NCBI GenBank assembly: GCA_021852275.1
Contig: JAJZNX010000025.1
Coordinates: forward strand, 621-64,620
Length of the DNA: 64,000 bases
Direction of reading: 5' to 3'
Source: Planctomycetota bacterium
Lineage (GTDB): Bacteria; Planctomycetota; Phycisphaerae; WQYP01
Shown here: piece by piece, positions 42,657 to 53,508 of the stretch
How the letters are laid out: every line of letters starts with the position of its first letter
Position numbering within the stretch: the first letter of the stretch is position 1
Notes under the pieces: generated by a model
Told to the model about the DNA's origin: nothing
Seen by the model: only the letters and a program-made list of their open reading frames with translations
The model's database searches: none
Translations under genes and position numbers: made by a program

Positions 42657-45548
42657 ATGACCTCCAGTCGGATACGCCGTGAATTCATCGATTTTTTCGT
42701 GCAGCGCCATGGGCATAAATTTGTCCCATCCAGCCCGGTGGTTCCACATGACGACGCAACGTTGCTGTTTGCCAATGCGGGGATGAACCAGTTTAAGCCG
42801 TTTTTTTTGGGAACGGCTAAGACCAAGGCTACGCGTGTGGCCAATACGCAAAAGTGTATTCGTGCCGGTGGCAAACATAATGACCTGGACGATGTGGGCA
42901 TTTCTCGTCGCCACCACACCTTTTTTGAGATGCTGGGGAACTGGAGTTTCGGCGACTATTTTAAGCAAGGCGCCATTGAAATGGCGTGGGAGTTGTTGAC
43001 CAAGGTGTGGCACCTGGATCCTCGCCGATTGCATGTAACGGTTTACAAAGGCAATCCAGCCGATGGCGTACCAGCCGATGATGAAGCGGCGGAGTTATGG
43101 CGGCGAATCGCCGGCCTTCCCGAGAATCATATCCATCGGTTCGTGGATGAAAATTTCTGGGAAATGGGAGAAACCGGACCCTGTGGACCTTGCACAGAAA
43201 TTTTTATTGACCGTACGCCTGATTTTTCGGGCGGATCACAGGTGAATGGGACCGATCCCCGCGTGATGGAAATCTGGAATCTGGTTTTCATTCAGTACAA
43301 TCGACAGGAAGGCCGTAAGCTTACCCCCCTGCCGCAACGGCACGTGGACACTGGCATGGGACTGGAGCGAATATGCCAGGTGCTGGGCGGATTCTCGGAC
43401 AATTATGCAACAGATCTGTTCACCCCGCTTTTTGCAGCCATTGCGGATATAAGCGGACATCATTATCATGGCACGTTTCCGGCGACGGATGCCAACAGTC
43501 CGATGGAGGCGGAAAATAAAACGCTGTCCCGGGACATCGCCTTTCGCGTGATTGCTGATCACATTCGCGCCTTGACTTTTGCCCTTACAGATGGTGCCCT
43601 GCCTGGCAACGAAGGCCGTGGTTACGTATTACGACGAATATTGCGCCGTGCAGTGCGGTTTGGGCGGCAAAATCTGGGGCTGACTGAGCCGTTCCTGCAT
43701 CAATTGGTGCCGGTGGTATTGCATACCATGCAAACTGCGTTTCCGGAGCTGTCCAAAAATCCGGGGCATGTTGCGGACATCATCAAGAGCGAAGAAATCA
43801 GTTTCAGCCGCACGCTAGATCGCGGCATTGAGCTTTTTCAATTAGCGGCGGATGAGGCCCGCCGCAGCAACACGCAAAGCGTGATTTCCGCCGAGAATGC
43901 CTTTAAGCTTCACGATACATATGGATTTCCGATTGACTTGACGCAGGTGATGGCCCGTGAACAGGGAATGACGGTGGATGTGTCCGGATATGAGGTCCGC
44001 ATGGAAGAGGCACGGCAGAAAGCCCGTTCCGGAGGCAAAACCCCCGAAACTGCACTGACAGACTTGCCCCCGGATATTTTGGCCCGCCTTGCAGACGAGA
44101 ACGTACCGAAAACCGAAGATCGGGCTAAATATAAATCCGGCCCGATTAAGGCAACGGTAGCTGCGATATGGAATGGCCGTGAATTGGTGGATCATGTTTC
44201 CGCGGATACCGCCGACCAGGCTGCCTTAATTCTTGATCAAACTAATTTTTACGCGCAGATGGGTGGGCAAATTGGTGATACCGGCGACATTGCGTCGGAG
44301 CGGGGAAATTTTGCAGTGGAAACCACCCATGCGGTGGGCCGTTATATCCTGCATCGGGGCAAGTTAAAATCAGGCTGGTTGCAACGCGGCGATTCCGTTA
44401 CGTTGCAGGTCCACGCGAACCGCAGTCGCATCGAACAAAATCACACTGGCACGCACCTGGCCAATTGGGCTTTGCGGGAGGTGCTGGGTGAGCATGTGCA
44501 GCAGAAGGGATCCCTGGTGGATGCGGAGAAACTCCGCTTTGATTTCGTGCAGCCACAGCCGCCACCAGATGAACAGATACAACGCGTTGAGGAAATGGTA
44601 AATCAGGCCATTGGCCGGCGATTGCCGGTCTATACCGCCGAAGTTCCGCTGGAAACGGCCCGGCACATCTATTCGCTACGTGCCGTATTTGGCGAAAAAT
44701 ACCCGGAACAAGTGCGCGTGGTAAGCATTGGTGTACCGGTCGCAGAACTACTGGCCCAGCCAGACAACCGGCATTGGCGGAACTTTTCCATCGAATTCTG
44801 CGGCGGAACGCACTTGACGGATACCGGACAAGCTGGGGATTTTGTCATTGTTGCGGAAGAATCGGTCAGCAAGGGTATACGCCGCATCGTTGCTTATACA
44901 GGTGCGACCGCAGCGGCGGCCAGGAGCCTTGCGGTTCACATCGACAAATTGATCATCGCCGCGGAGCGCGCCACGGAAGATCAATTACCGACCGGTTTGA
45001 GCCAGCTCCAGCAGGCCCTTGGTGAAACAGGTGTTCCAGTAGTAGTCCGCCGCCGCGCACAATCGGTTATCCGCACATTGCAGGAAAAAATTAGAGAGCA
45101 GGCTAAACGTAGACAGGTTCCACCGCCATCCCATGTCGGCGACAGTTCGGACATGGATCAACTTTTGGCCGCCGCTGAACCGATTGGCCAGGTGGAATTA
45201 ATTGTCGCGGAGATGGGAGTGAAATCCGCCGATGAGCTACGCGCTACCATGGATGCGGTGAAAAAGAAGCGACCGCAAGGCTTGTTTGCTATTCTGTTGG
45301 GATCTACGGAGACCCCAAAGGATAAGCAAGGCAATGCTCTGCCGGCCAAAGTAAACCTGTTGGCCGCGGTCGGGGATCCGCTGATCGGTAAATTAAAAGC
45401 CGGTGATTGGATTCGCACTGTTGCACCGGTGGTAAGCGGCAGTGGCGGCGGCCGCCCTCAACTGGCCATGGCCGGAGGTAAACAAATCGACAAGCTCGGC
45501 GAGGCGCTGTCCACCGGGCGCGAATTTGCCCGCCAATGCCTGCAATAG
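42657..45548 (+). CDS. alaS: alanine--tRNA ligase
   Basis: 963 aa. IRREFIDFF..HGH..V.SS.V.P.DD.TLLF.NAGMNQFK and FEMLGNWSFGDYFK are present. The editing-domain HTGTH/CGGTH motifs are also present. Confidence 0.95.
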   Translation: MTSSRIRREFIDFFVQRHGHKFVPSSPVVPHDDATLLFANAGMNQFKPFFLGTAKTKATRVANTQKCIRAGGKHNDLDDVGISRRHHTFFEMLGNWSFGDYFKQGAIEMAWELLTKVWHLDPRRLHVTVYKGNPADGVPADDEAAELWRRIAGLPENHIHRFVDENFWEMGETGPCGPCTEIFIDRTPDFSGGSQVNGTDPRVMEIWNLVFIQYNRQEGRKLTPLPQRHVDTGMGLERICQVLGGFSDNYATDLFTPLFAAIADISGHHYHGTFPATDANSPMEAENKTLSRDIAFRVIADHIRALTFALTDGALPGNEGRGYVLRRILRRAVRFGRQNLGLTEPFLHQLVPVVLHTMQTAFPELSKNPGHVADIIKSEEISFSRTLDRGIELFQLAADEARRSNTQSVISAENAFKLHDTYGFPIDLTQVMAREQGMTVDVSGYEVRMEEARQKARSGGKTPETALTDLPPDILARLADENVPKTEDRAKYKSGPIKATVAAIWNGRELVDHVSADTADQAALILDQTNFYAQMGGQIGDTGDIASERGNFAVETTHAVGRYILHRGKLKSGWLQRGDSVTLQVHANRSRIEQNHTGTHLANWALREVLGEHVQQKGSLVDAEKLRFDFVQPQPPPDEQIQRVEEMVNQAIGRRLPVYTAEVPLETARHIYSLRAVFGEKYPEQVRVVSIGVPVAELLAQPDNRHWRNFSIEFCGGTHLTDTGQAGDFVIVAEESVSKGIRRIVAYTGATAAAARSLAVHIDKLIIAAERATEDQLPTGLSQLQQALGETGVPVVVRRRAQSVIRTLQEKIREQAKRRQVPPPSHVGDSSDMDQLLAAAEPIGQVELIVAEMGVKSADELRATMDAVKKKRPQGLFAILLGSTETPKDKQGNALPAKVNLLAAVGDPLIGKLKAGDWIRTVAPVVSGSGGGRPQLAMAGGKQIDKLGEALSTGREFARQCLQ

Positions 45549-45653
45549 CACAGTGCGGCTGCGGCTGACAATTGGCCGCCGAATCTGACCTCGCGGCATG
45601 AGCCTTTTTTTCCTAATAGCCGGCCGTGGTGTGTACAATTCCTTATGTATTGG

Positions 45654-46967
45654 TCAGCGTCGGCGAATAAAGTGGTGTATTTGTTCGACAACGTACGTAA
45701 GCATGGGAATAGACAGGCCAGGATACACTCCGATCCAGAACGTCTGGTTCATCACACGATCCGCATTAGCCAAGTCCCCCACCACGCGAAAGTGCTGGTC
45801 CCGCATGTACGGTTGTCGAACCAGATTTCCGGCAAACAACAAACGTGTGCCGATATGGTGGCTTTCCAGGTGCTCAATCAATTCCCTGCGGGAAAATGAG
45901 GCGGTGTTGCGTACAGTAATCGGAAACCCAAACCACGAAGGATCACTGCTGGCAGTGGACTGCGGCAGGATGAAATCATCTTGCATATCCAGCAGATTCT
46001 GGCGTAAAAATTGGAAGTTACTCCTGCGTGCTGCGATGAACGCCGGCAGCTTGTCCAGTTGGGCCAGGGCGCACGCCGCCTGCATATCCGTAATTTTCAA
46101 ATTATAACCGGCATGGGAATACGTATATTTGTGATCATAGCCGGCTGGAAGCTCCCCTAGCTTCCAGCCAAAGCGTTTGCCACAGGTGTTATCGTGTCCG
46201 GGCAGGCAGTAGCAATCGCGGCCCCAGTCCCGACAGGATTCAATAATCTGCTTGAGCAGGGGACTGCTGGTAAAAACCGCACCACCCTCACCCATGGTGA
46301 TATGATGCGCAGGATAAAAACTCAGCGTTCCGACATCACCAAAGGTGCCCACCCCCTGTCCGTTCCAGGTGGCCCCAAGAGCATCGCAGCAATCTTCCAC
46401 CAGCCATAGACCACGGCTCTGGCAAAAGTCCCGTACCCGCCCGACATCAAATGGATTTCCCAGGGTATGCGCCACCATCACCGCGCGTGTACGCGGGCTT
46501 ACCGCCGCGTCGAGTTGGCTGGCATCGATATTGTACGTGGGGATTTCCACGTCCACAAAAACCGGGATTGCGCCGTTTTGCATGATTGGATTAACGGTGG
46601 TGGGAAAGCCGGTGGCCACCGTGATAACTTCATCGCCAGGTTGAATGGCGCGAGTTCCCAATTTCGGTGAGCATAAAGCGCTTAGCGCAAGCAAATTGGC
46701 CGATGATCCGGAATTTACGCTCATCGTGTAACGCACGCCGAGAACAGCAGCCAGGCGCTGTTCAAACTGTGCATTAAAACGACCTGCGGTGAGCCAGCCA
46801 TCGAGTACCGCTTGCGTCATCATTTGCAGTTCTGCCTGGTCAAGCACTTTGCCGGATACTGGAACAGGCGAGGTTCCCGGTATAAATGGGTGCGGGGCCA
46901 GCGAAACCTCGGCATATTGGCCGATGGCCTGGAGAATTTGCTCCCGCAACTTTTCCAACTCATTCAT
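45654..46967 (-). CDS. rfbH: CDP-4-keto-6-deoxy-D-glucose 3-dehydrase (E1, PMP-dependent; RfbH/DdhC type)
   Basis: The ATG at 46967 overlaps the rfbG stop (ATGA). 437 aa. [54 protein letters not shown] and [16 protein letters not shown] fit RfbH along its whole length. Confidence 0.9.
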   Translation of the reverse strand: MNELEKLREQILQAIGQYAEVSLAPHPFIPGTSPVPVSGKVLDQAELQMMTQAVLDGWLTAGRFNAQFEQRLAAVLGVRYTMSVNSGSSANLLALSALCSPKLGTRAIQPGDEVITVATGFPTTVNPIMQNGAIPVFVDVEIPTYNIDASQLDAAVSPRTRAVMVAHTLGNPFDVGRVRDFCQSRGLWLVEDCCDALGATWNGQGVGTFGDVGTLSFYPAHHITMGEGGAVFTSSPLLKQIIESCRDWGRDCYCLPGHDNTCGKRFGWKLGELPAGYDHKYTYSHAGYNLKITDMQAACALAQLDKLPAFIAARRSNFQFLRQNLLDMQDDFILPQSTASSDPSWFGFPITVRNTASFSRRELIEHLESHHIGTRLLFAGNLVRQPYMRDQHFRVVGDLANADRVMNQTFWIGVYPGLSIPMLTYVVEQIHHFIRRR

Positions 46968-48091
46968 GAAGCAGGTTCCTTTGTGGCTACCGGCATCTGC
47001 CGTGCCATGTCCTTGTGGTACTCTTGAATTTGGGTGCGCGTAAGATCTGCCAACGGTTGCCCCATAGCCCAAGCCTGATACCAACGTACCACCTCAGTGA
47101 TGGTCCGTTCCAGCGACCAGCATGGACGCCAGCCGAGCATACCTCGAGCACGCGAACTATCCAGCCGCAATTCCTGCGTTTCGTGTGCCGACGAAGATGT
47201 CGAATCTACCTTGATTGCTGCGCCATCCCCCCACGCCCTGGCTAGTGCTGCCGCCAGCGATTGCACACAACGTGAGTCTTGAGCAACCGGGCCAAAATTC
47301 CACGCCTGACTGTAAGCCGTGCCATCCATCCAAAGCCTTTCGGCCAGCAGGATATAGCCCGCCAGTGAATCAAGTACGTGTTGCCATGGACGAATAGCCT
47401 GCGGACGACGAATGATTGCCGGTTGACCTGCGGCAAAAGCCCGCATTAAGTCGGGAACGAGGCGATCCTGACTGAAGTCTCCGCCGCCAATAACGTTGCC
47501 AGCCCGCGCAGTGGCCAACCCCACACGATGCTCGCTCCAGCGTGTCGGAGGAAAGTAAGATTGGCGGTAGGCCGAGGTAGCAATTTCAGCACAGGCCTTG
47601 CTGCTGCTGTACGGATCAGCTCCACCCAACGGATCATCTTCACGGTAGCCCCACAACCATTCCTGATTTTCATAGCATTTGTCACTGGTAACCACCACGC
47701 AGACCCGTACCGTATCCATATGCCGCAGAGCCTCCAACACATTCACGGTTCCCATGACATTGGTGGAATAGGTTTCTACAGGTTGGTGGTAGGATTGTCG
47801 TACCAGCGGCTGGGCAGCCAGGTGGAATACTACCTCCGGACAGGCCTCCCGCATGGCGAGATTGACGGTTGCGGCATCGCGCACATCACCGGTGAGGCTG
47901 TGCATGGCCGTGCCAACCTGGGCTAACGTAAAAAGCGAAGGATCCGTCGGCGGATCCAGTGCCAAGCCTGTTATTCTGGCTCCGAGGGAACTGAGCCATA
48001 GTCCTAACATGCTGCCTTTGAAACCGGTGTGGCCGGTCAGCAAGACTTTGCGTCCGTTCCAAAAATTAGTATCCATTACCATACCTTCCAC
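46964..48091 (-). CDS. rfbG: CDP-glucose 4,6-dehydratase
   Basis: [31 protein letters not shown] is the characteristic N-terminus. The extended-SDR YSSSK motif is present. Confidence 0.9.
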   Translation of the reverse strand: MEGMVMDTNFWNGRKVLLTGHTGFKGSMLGLWLSSLGARITGLALDPPTDPSLFTLAQVGTAMHSLTGDVRDAATVNLAMREACPEVVFHLAAQPLVRQSYHQPVETYSTNVMGTVNVLEALRHMDTVRVCVVVTSDKCYENQEWLWGYREDDPLGGADPYSSSKACAEIATSAYRQSYFPPTRWSEHRVGLATARAGNVIGGGDFSQDRLVPDLMRAFAAGQPAIIRRPQAIRPWQHVLDSLAGYILLAERLWMDGTAYSQAWNFGPVAQDSRCVQSLAAALARAWGDGAAIKVDSTSSSAHETQELRLDSSRARGMLGWRPCWSLERTITEVVRWYQAWAMGQPLADLTRTQIQEYHKDMARQMPVATKEPAS

Positions 48092-48843
48092 GGGGCCGTG
48101 CTTTCCTGCCAGAGTGTTTCCAGGTATTGCTTGTCGCGCAGAGTATCCATGGGCCTCCAGAATCCCCGGTGTTCAAAAGCCTGAAGTTGTTTTTCTTTCG
48201 CCAGTTGCTCCAGTGGCTGGGCCTCCCACAGCGTGTCATCGCCGGCTATGTAATTGAGGATAGACGGTTTGAGCACAAAGAAACCGCCGTTGATCCATCC
48301 GCCATCACCATGCGGTTTTTCCACAAAATTGGTCACGGTATGGCCACTCAGATTCAGAGAACCAAACCGCCCCGGTGGCTGCACCGCCGTTACTGTCGCC
48401 ATGCACCCATGGCTATTGTGAAACGCAACCAGATTGCGAATGTTCACATCGGCCAGGCCATCACCATAAGTCAGGCAGAAATCATCTGTTCCGATGTAAT
48501 CGCGGATACGCCGGATGCGCCCGCCGGTTTGGGTAGTTTCGCCGGTCTCTACCAGAGTGACGCGCCACGGTTCACTGTGGTTTTGATGTACGCTAAGGGC
48601 ATTGTTAGCTAAATCCAAGGTTACATCAGAACTATGCAACGAGTAATTGAAAAAATATTCCTTGATCATGTAGCCTTTATAACCCAGGCAAATAACAAAA
48701 TCCTGAATGTTATAAGCAGCGTACAACTTCATGATGTGCCAGAGTATCGGCCTACCGCCTATTTCCACCATGGGCTTTGGTCGAGCAACAGTTTCCTCGG
48801 CCAGACGGGTTCCCATGCCACCAGCTAAAATCACAGCCTTCAA
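48076..48843 (-). CDS. rfbF: glucose-1-phosphate cytidylyltransferase
   Basis: MKAVILAGGMGTRL.EET..RPKPMVEIGGRPILWHIMK.Y is the canonical RfbF N-terminus. Confidence 0.9.
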   Translation of the reverse strand: MKAVILAGGMGTRLAEETVARPKPMVEIGGRPILWHIMKLYAAYNIQDFVICLGYKGYMIKEYFFNYSLHSSDVTLDLANNALSVHQNHSEPWRVTLVETGETTQTGGRIRRIRDYIGTDDFCLTYGDGLADVNIRNLVAFHNSHGCMATVTAVQPPGRFGSLNLSGHTVTNFVEKPHGDGGWINGGFFVLKPSILNYIAGDDTLWEAQPLEQLAKEKQLQAFEHRGFWRPMDTLRDKQYLETLWQESTAPWKVW

Positions 48844-48855
48844 AGAGTTAGTCTC

Positions 48856-49800
48856 CTAACAGCACCGGTGTTGCTGCAAAAAATGGGCGGTTTCCATAAT
48901 TTGCTCATCCAGCGAAACAGGTTTCAACCCCAACCAGTTTTCGATACTCCGAATCTCCGTTGGATTACCCACATAATAATCGCTGGGGCCAGGTTTGATA
49001 AATGGGCGTTCTACCTTGACGGTGCCATTCGTGAGCAAACGCACGCAACGCTGGGCCAATTCGCCGATCTCCACCACTTCCGTACCTGCGGTGTCAAAAA
49101 TCGCTGCAGTACCCGCAGGCTGTTCGCCTATCAGTTCTATCACCATCCGCAACAGGGCATCCGCCGGATAATAGGACCGCCATACCGGATGGTCCGCGTG
49201 CACCAGCACGGTCTGCTGATTCAGGCAGTTCAATATCATTGAGGAAATAGCATAACCCTGATGGTTGTTAATATACGCCCCGCTTAAATTAAATATCCTC
49301 GGCATGACCAGACGAAAGCCACGCCGAACCGCCATTTCTGAAAACACCTGCTCGTCTTCATATTTGCATTTTCCGTATATTGCCAGAGGACTGTTTTCAG
49401 CAACAGTTTTGTTGAGGTAGGCATACACGGCCCCGGAAGAAGGTATCATCAGACCAGCTACATTGTTCTGAGTTAAAAAATGTGCCATCATCTGTTGAAT
49501 ATCGAGGTTGGCTTGACGGTCACTGCCTTCAGATTGATTGCCGACTTGCCCCTTGGTTACAAACGCATGATGAAACACCACCACCGGATCATCAAAGGAA
49601 GCATGGGACAAAAAATTCCATGGCTGCATCTTCATACTGCGGCCACAGGCCAATTTCAGCGTACCTTGATGCCGCCCCACCGCGGTAATCCGCGAGTCAT
49701 CCTCCGGTCCACCCATGGCTGCAAGCGCCTCGACGGTCACACGTCCGAGCCATCCTCCAACACCGGTAACAATAAAATGGCAAGCATCCAGCTTCATCAC
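48856..49800 (-). CDS. NAD-dependent epimerase/reductase (extended SDR), first gene of the rfb-like operon
   Basis: 314 aa. A Rossmann-type glycine-rich N-terminus (FIVTGVGGWLG). A YxxxK-like YGKCK motif. Confidence 0.65.
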   Translation of the reverse strand: MMKLDACHFIVTGVGGWLGRVTVEALAAMGGPEDDSRITAVGRHQGTLKLACGRSMKMQPWNFLSHASFDDPVVVFHHAFVTKGQVGNQSEGSDRQANLDIQQMMAHFLTQNNVAGLMIPSSGAVYAYLNKTVAENSPLAIYGKCKYEDEQVFSEMAVRRGFRLVMPRIFNLSGAYINNHQGYAISSMILNCLNQQTVLVHADHPVWRSYYPADALLRMVIELIGEQPAGTAAIFDTAGTEVVEIGELAQRCVRLLTNGTVKVERPFIKPGPSDYYVGNPTEIRSIENWLGLKPVSLDEQIMETAHFLQQHRCC

Positions 49801-49854
49801 AGCACCAACGCAATTATATGCTCGTTACGATATTTTCACATGAGCTTGACGTTG

Positions 49855-49874
49855 CCATCATCCTATTGGATGAT
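49855..49874. promoter_or_regulatory. perfect palindrome CATCATCC-TATT-GGATGATG in the divergent promoter region of the two sugar operons
   Basis: 8-bp arms read directly. It lies just downstream of a TTGACG hexamer (49845-49850). Confidence 0.35.
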
Positions 49875-49909
49875 GAATAAAGCCTCTGGCGGTTGGTAAA
49901 GGAATATGA

Positions 49910-50776
49910 ATGGCGAATGTAAAAATCGGCAAAGATATCATCGGCGAAGGACATCCATGTTATGTGATTGCTGAAATTGGCATCAATCACAATGGCGATG
50001 TGGAACTGGCAAAGAAATTAATCGATGCTGCTGAAGCCGCCGGCTGCAACGCCGTAAAATGCCAGAAGCGGACGGTTGATGTGGTTTACTCCAGGGAAGA
50101 ACTTGCCAAACCGCGGGAAAGCCCGTTTGGCATGACCAATGGCGATTTAAAACGTGGATTGGAACTGGACCTGGCGGCCTATCGGGAAATTGACGCATAC
50201 TGCCGACAAATGGACATGCCATGGTTTGCCTCCTGTTGGGATGAAGCGTCGGTCGATTTTATAGCCCAATTCAATCCGCCATGCTACAAGATCGCCTCTG
50301 CTTCACTCACAGACGATAACCTGCTTCGGCACCACCGGATGAAACGCAAGCCGATTATCCTATCCACTGGCATGAGCACTCTGGAACAAATTGACCACGC
50401 CGTGGCGGTACTTGGAAAAGATGATCTCATTTTGCTGCATTCAACCAGTACTTATCCCGCCAACTACGATGAGCTAAATCTGCGGTGCATTCCTGTTCTG
50501 CAAAAGCGCTACGGTGTACCCATTGGTTATTCCGGCCATGAAACGGGCTTGCCTTCCTCCGAAGCTGCTGTGGCCTTGGGAGCATGTGTGGTGGAACGCC
50601 ATATTACACTAGATCGGGCCATGTGGGGTTCAGACCACGCAGCTTCGCTGGAACCGAATGGCATAACACGGCTCATGCGCGATATTCGCCTGATTGAGAC
50701 CTCGTTGGGCGATGGTATCAAGCGAGTTTATGAGCGAGAGCAGCCGATTCTGAAAAAGTTGCGCCGCGTGCCATAG
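49910..50776 (+). CDS. NeuB-family PEP-condensing sugar synthase (N-acylneuraminate synthase-like, no SAF domain)
   Basis: 288 aa. CYVIAEIGINHNGD...A..LID.A...G..AVK.QKR, STGMST and GYSGHE are NeuB/SpsE motifs. Confidence 0.8.
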   Translation: MANVKIGKDIIGEGHPCYVIAEIGINHNGDVELAKKLIDAAEAAGCNAVKCQKRTVDVVYSREELAKPRESPFGMTNGDLKRGLELDLAAYREIDAYCRQMDMPWFASCWDEASVDFIAQFNPPCYKIASASLTDDNLLRHHRMKRKPIILSTGMSTLEQIDHAVAVLGKDDLILLHSTSTYPANYDELNLRCIPVLQKRYGVPIGYSGHETGLPSSEAAVALGACVVERHITLDRAMWGSDHAASLEPNGITRLMRDIRLIETSLGDGIKRVYEREQPILKKLRRVP

Positions 50777-50837
50777 TTAACTTCGGCGCAATCTGTTTGT
50801 AATTTGCCCATTCTCGACAAGAAAAGGGGGGCTTGGC

Positions 50838-52634
50838 GTGTCCATTAAACTTTCTGATTATGTTATCGACTTTCTTGCCCAGCGAGGCGTACGCCATGTG
50901 TTTTTTATTCCCGGCGGAGCCGCGATGCACCTGAACGATTCGCTGGGCCGATGCAAGCAAGTTGAATATGTGTGCAATCTGCATGAACAGGCCAGCGCCA
51001 TCTGCGCGGAGGCTTACGGCAAAATCACCAACAATATCGGTGTAGCCATGGTTACCGCCGGCCCCGGTGGCACGAATGCCATTACCGGCATTGCCGGGGC
51101 CTGGCTGGATTCCACACCCATGATGGTAATTTCCGGGCAAGTCAAGCGAGCAGACTTGAAACGGAACAGCAATGTTCGCATGTTGGGCGTGCAGGAAATC
51201 GACATTGTTACAATTGTCTCCAGCATCACCAAATATGCCGTGACTATTTTGGATCCGGCCACCATACGCTTTCATCTGGAGAAAGCCTTTCATCTGGCGA
51301 CTTCCGGCCGAAAAGGGCCGGTGTGGATCGATATCCCGCTGGATGTGCAAGCGGCGATGATTGAGCCGGCAACGCAAGAAGGTTTCAAACCGGAAACCCC
51401 GGTCAAATCAACTGTTCTTGCCCAGCAGGTTGCCGATCTGATCACTTTGTTAAGCACTGCCCACAGGCCGGTCATGCTGGTTGGTAACGGTGTTCGGCTG
51501 TCCGGAGCCATCCCGCAATTCCACGATCTACTCAGGTACGTTGAAATGCCGGTGTTGACGAGTTGGCTGGGTATGGATCTGATTGCTGATGACCATCCAC
51601 TGTTCATGGGCAGGCCGGGGTCACTAGCACCGCGCGGAGCCAACTTTACCCTGCAAAATTCTGATTTACTGCTGGTGGTGGGATCCCGGCTTGATATGGC
51701 CATGACGGCTTATTCGCATGAGCATTTTGCCCGAGTCGCTGTAAAAATTATGGTCGATGTGGACATGGCAGAAATCGCCAAAATGAAAACCCCCATTGCC
51801 CTGCCCATTTGCACCGACGCCCGCGACTTTTTCGCGGAAGTTTTGCGCCAACTACCAAATCTTTCCCGCAGATCCTGGCCCGCCTGGACGCATCGCTGCC
51901 GGGAATGGAAGGCTCGCTATCCGCTAGTACTGCCCGAACATCGCGATTGTACAAAACCAATAAGTATGTATTGGTTTTCAGAGGTGTTATCAGAAGAAGC
52001 TGGTGAAAACGATGTTGTTGCTCCGGGCAGTTCGGGCTTCGCAGCGGAAATTTTTCTTTTGGGTTTCAAAGCCAAGTCAGGTCAGAGAATTTTCCATAAT
52101 CGTGGAACCGGATCCATGGGCTTTGGCCTTCCCGCGGCCATTGGCGCATGCTTGGCCAGCGGCAGGAGAAGAACGATTTGCGTGGAAGGTGATGGCGGTT
52201 TCCAGATGAATGTACAGGAACTTGCCACCGTCGCCAGACTCCAGTTGCCAACTAAGTATTTTGTCATCAACAACAACGGCTTTGCTTCCATTCGGACATC
52301 CCAGCGTGTGTATTTCAAGCAGTTGGTAGGAGCAGACCAAACCAGCGGATTGACCTTGCCAGACATTACCAAAGTGGCGAAGGCGTATGGAATTGCGACG
52401 CTTCGGATTGACGACTCAGCGCGACTGCGGACAGGTATACGGGAGGCTTTATCTTTGCCAGGCCCTGTTGTAGTTGAGGTACTTGTGGCACCGGATGAAG
52501 AGCGTATTCCCCGAGTTGTTTCGATGCAGCAGCTCGGCGGTACGATGGTTTCCAAGCCACTGGAAGACCTTTACCCGTTTCTGGAGCGAGATGAATTCAT
52601 GGCGAACATGCTTATTCCCCCTGTGGTGGAATAG
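50838..52634 (+). CDS. thiamine-diphosphate-dependent enzyme, acetolactate-synthase large-subunit-like
   Basis: 598 aa with a GTG start. GGAAMHLND, TAGPGGTNAITGIAGAW.DS.P and the ThDP motif GDGGFQMN..ELAT......INNNG are present. Confidence 0.85.
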   Translation: MSIKLSDYVIDFLAQRGVRHVFFIPGGAAMHLNDSLGRCKQVEYVCNLHEQASAICAEAYGKITNNIGVAMVTAGPGGTNAITGIAGAWLDSTPMMVISGQVKRADLKRNSNVRMLGVQEIDIVTIVSSITKYAVTILDPATIRFHLEKAFHLATSGRKGPVWIDIPLDVQAAMIEPATQEGFKPETPVKSTVLAQQVADLITLLSTAHRPVMLVGNGVRLSGAIPQFHDLLRYVEMPVLTSWLGMDLIADDHPLFMGRPGSLAPRGANFTLQNSDLLLVVGSRLDMAMTAYSHEHFARVAVKIMVDVDMAEIAKMKTPIALPICTDARDFFAEVLRQLPNLSRRSWPAWTHRCREWKARYPLVLPEHRDCTKPISMYWFSEVLSEEAGENDVVAPGSSGFAAEIFLLGFKAKSGQRIFHNRGTGSMGFGLPAAIGACLASGRRRTICVEGDGGFQMNVQELATVARLQLPTKYFVINNNGFASIRTSQRVYFKQLVGADQTSGLTLPDITKVAKAYGIATLRIDDSARLRTGIREALSLPGPVVVEVLVAPDEERIPRVVSMQQLGGTMVSKPLEDLYPFLERDEFMANMLIPPVVE

Positions 52635-52661
52635 GATGGTTTTACAAATTTGGAGCTGGTC

Positions 52662-53501
52662 ATGACACTGTTGGGTATCATGCAAGGGAGGTTATTGCCC
52701 CCCATAGCTGAACGTATCCAGTGTTTTCCGCGAGGCCGCTGGCAGGAAGAATTTTCACTCGCTGCTCAGATAAAACTCGACGCCATCGAGTGGATTTACG
52801 ATGCCTACGGGGCGGATGACAATCCGCTTGGCACGGATGCTGGAATATCGTTTATGATGGCTCTCTCGCAACAGCACCAAATTCAGGTCAAGTCCCTTTG
52901 TGCAGACTGGTTTATGGATTTCCCACTGGTTCGTGCAACCGCTGAGCAAACCAGGGAGCGGACGCGCCAGTTGAGCTGGTTGTTAGGCCAATGTCAAAAA
53001 GCGGGCATCCGGCGGGTGGTGTTGCCCTTTGTGGATTACTCAAAGATTACCGATGAGCAGGATACACAGACCGTCCTTGCTGTTCTGCATAGCATTTTGC
53101 CCGTTGCCGAAAATCTGGCCATAGAAATACATCTGGAAACCTCACTTCCTCCAGCCTCTTTTGCTGATCTGCTGGCCCATATTCCACATCCGCTCATCAA
53201 GGTCAACTACGATTCTGGCAATAGCGCAGCGCTAGGGTATGATATGCAAGAGGAGTTTGTCGCGTATGGTAAACGAATTGGCAGTGTGCATCTCAAGGAT
53301 CGCCGGCTTCATGGAGGGACGGTGCCGTTGGGAACTGGCAATGCGGATTTTACGGCACTTTTTGAATGCCTGAACGCATTCCAGTACGTCGGCGACTTTA
53401 TCTTGCAGGTGGCTCGCGGTACCGCTGGGGATGAAATGGCTTGGATCACGCGCAACATAGCGATACTGAAGCCTCACCTTCAGCTTTGGCTTGAAAACTG
53501 A
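52662..53501 (+). CDS. sugar-phosphate isomerase/epimerase (xylose-isomerase-like TIM barrel)
   Basis: ATG at 52662 with GGAG 6 nt upstream. The family pattern includes IEIHLE and NYDSGN. Assigned by overall resemblance. Confidence 0.6.
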   Translation: MTLLGIMQGRLLPPIAERIQCFPRGRWQEEFSLAAQIKLDAIEWIYDAYGADDNPLGTDAGISFMMALSQQHQIQVKSLCADWFMDFPLVRATAEQTRERTRQLSWLLGQCQKAGIRRVVLPFVDYSKITDEQDTQTVLAVLHSILPVAENLAIEIHLETSLPPASFADLLAHIPHPLIKVNYDSGNSAALGYDMQEEFVAYGKRIGSVHLKDRRLHGGTVPLGTGNADFTALFECLNAFQYVGDFILQVARGTAGDEMAWITRNIAILKPHLQLWLEN

Positions 53502-53508
53502 GAAAAGC

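Noticed and set aside
50718-51377. 219-aa minus-strand ORF.
   Set aside because: It is antisense to the 5' part of the ThDP-enzyme gene, which has unambiguous family motifs.
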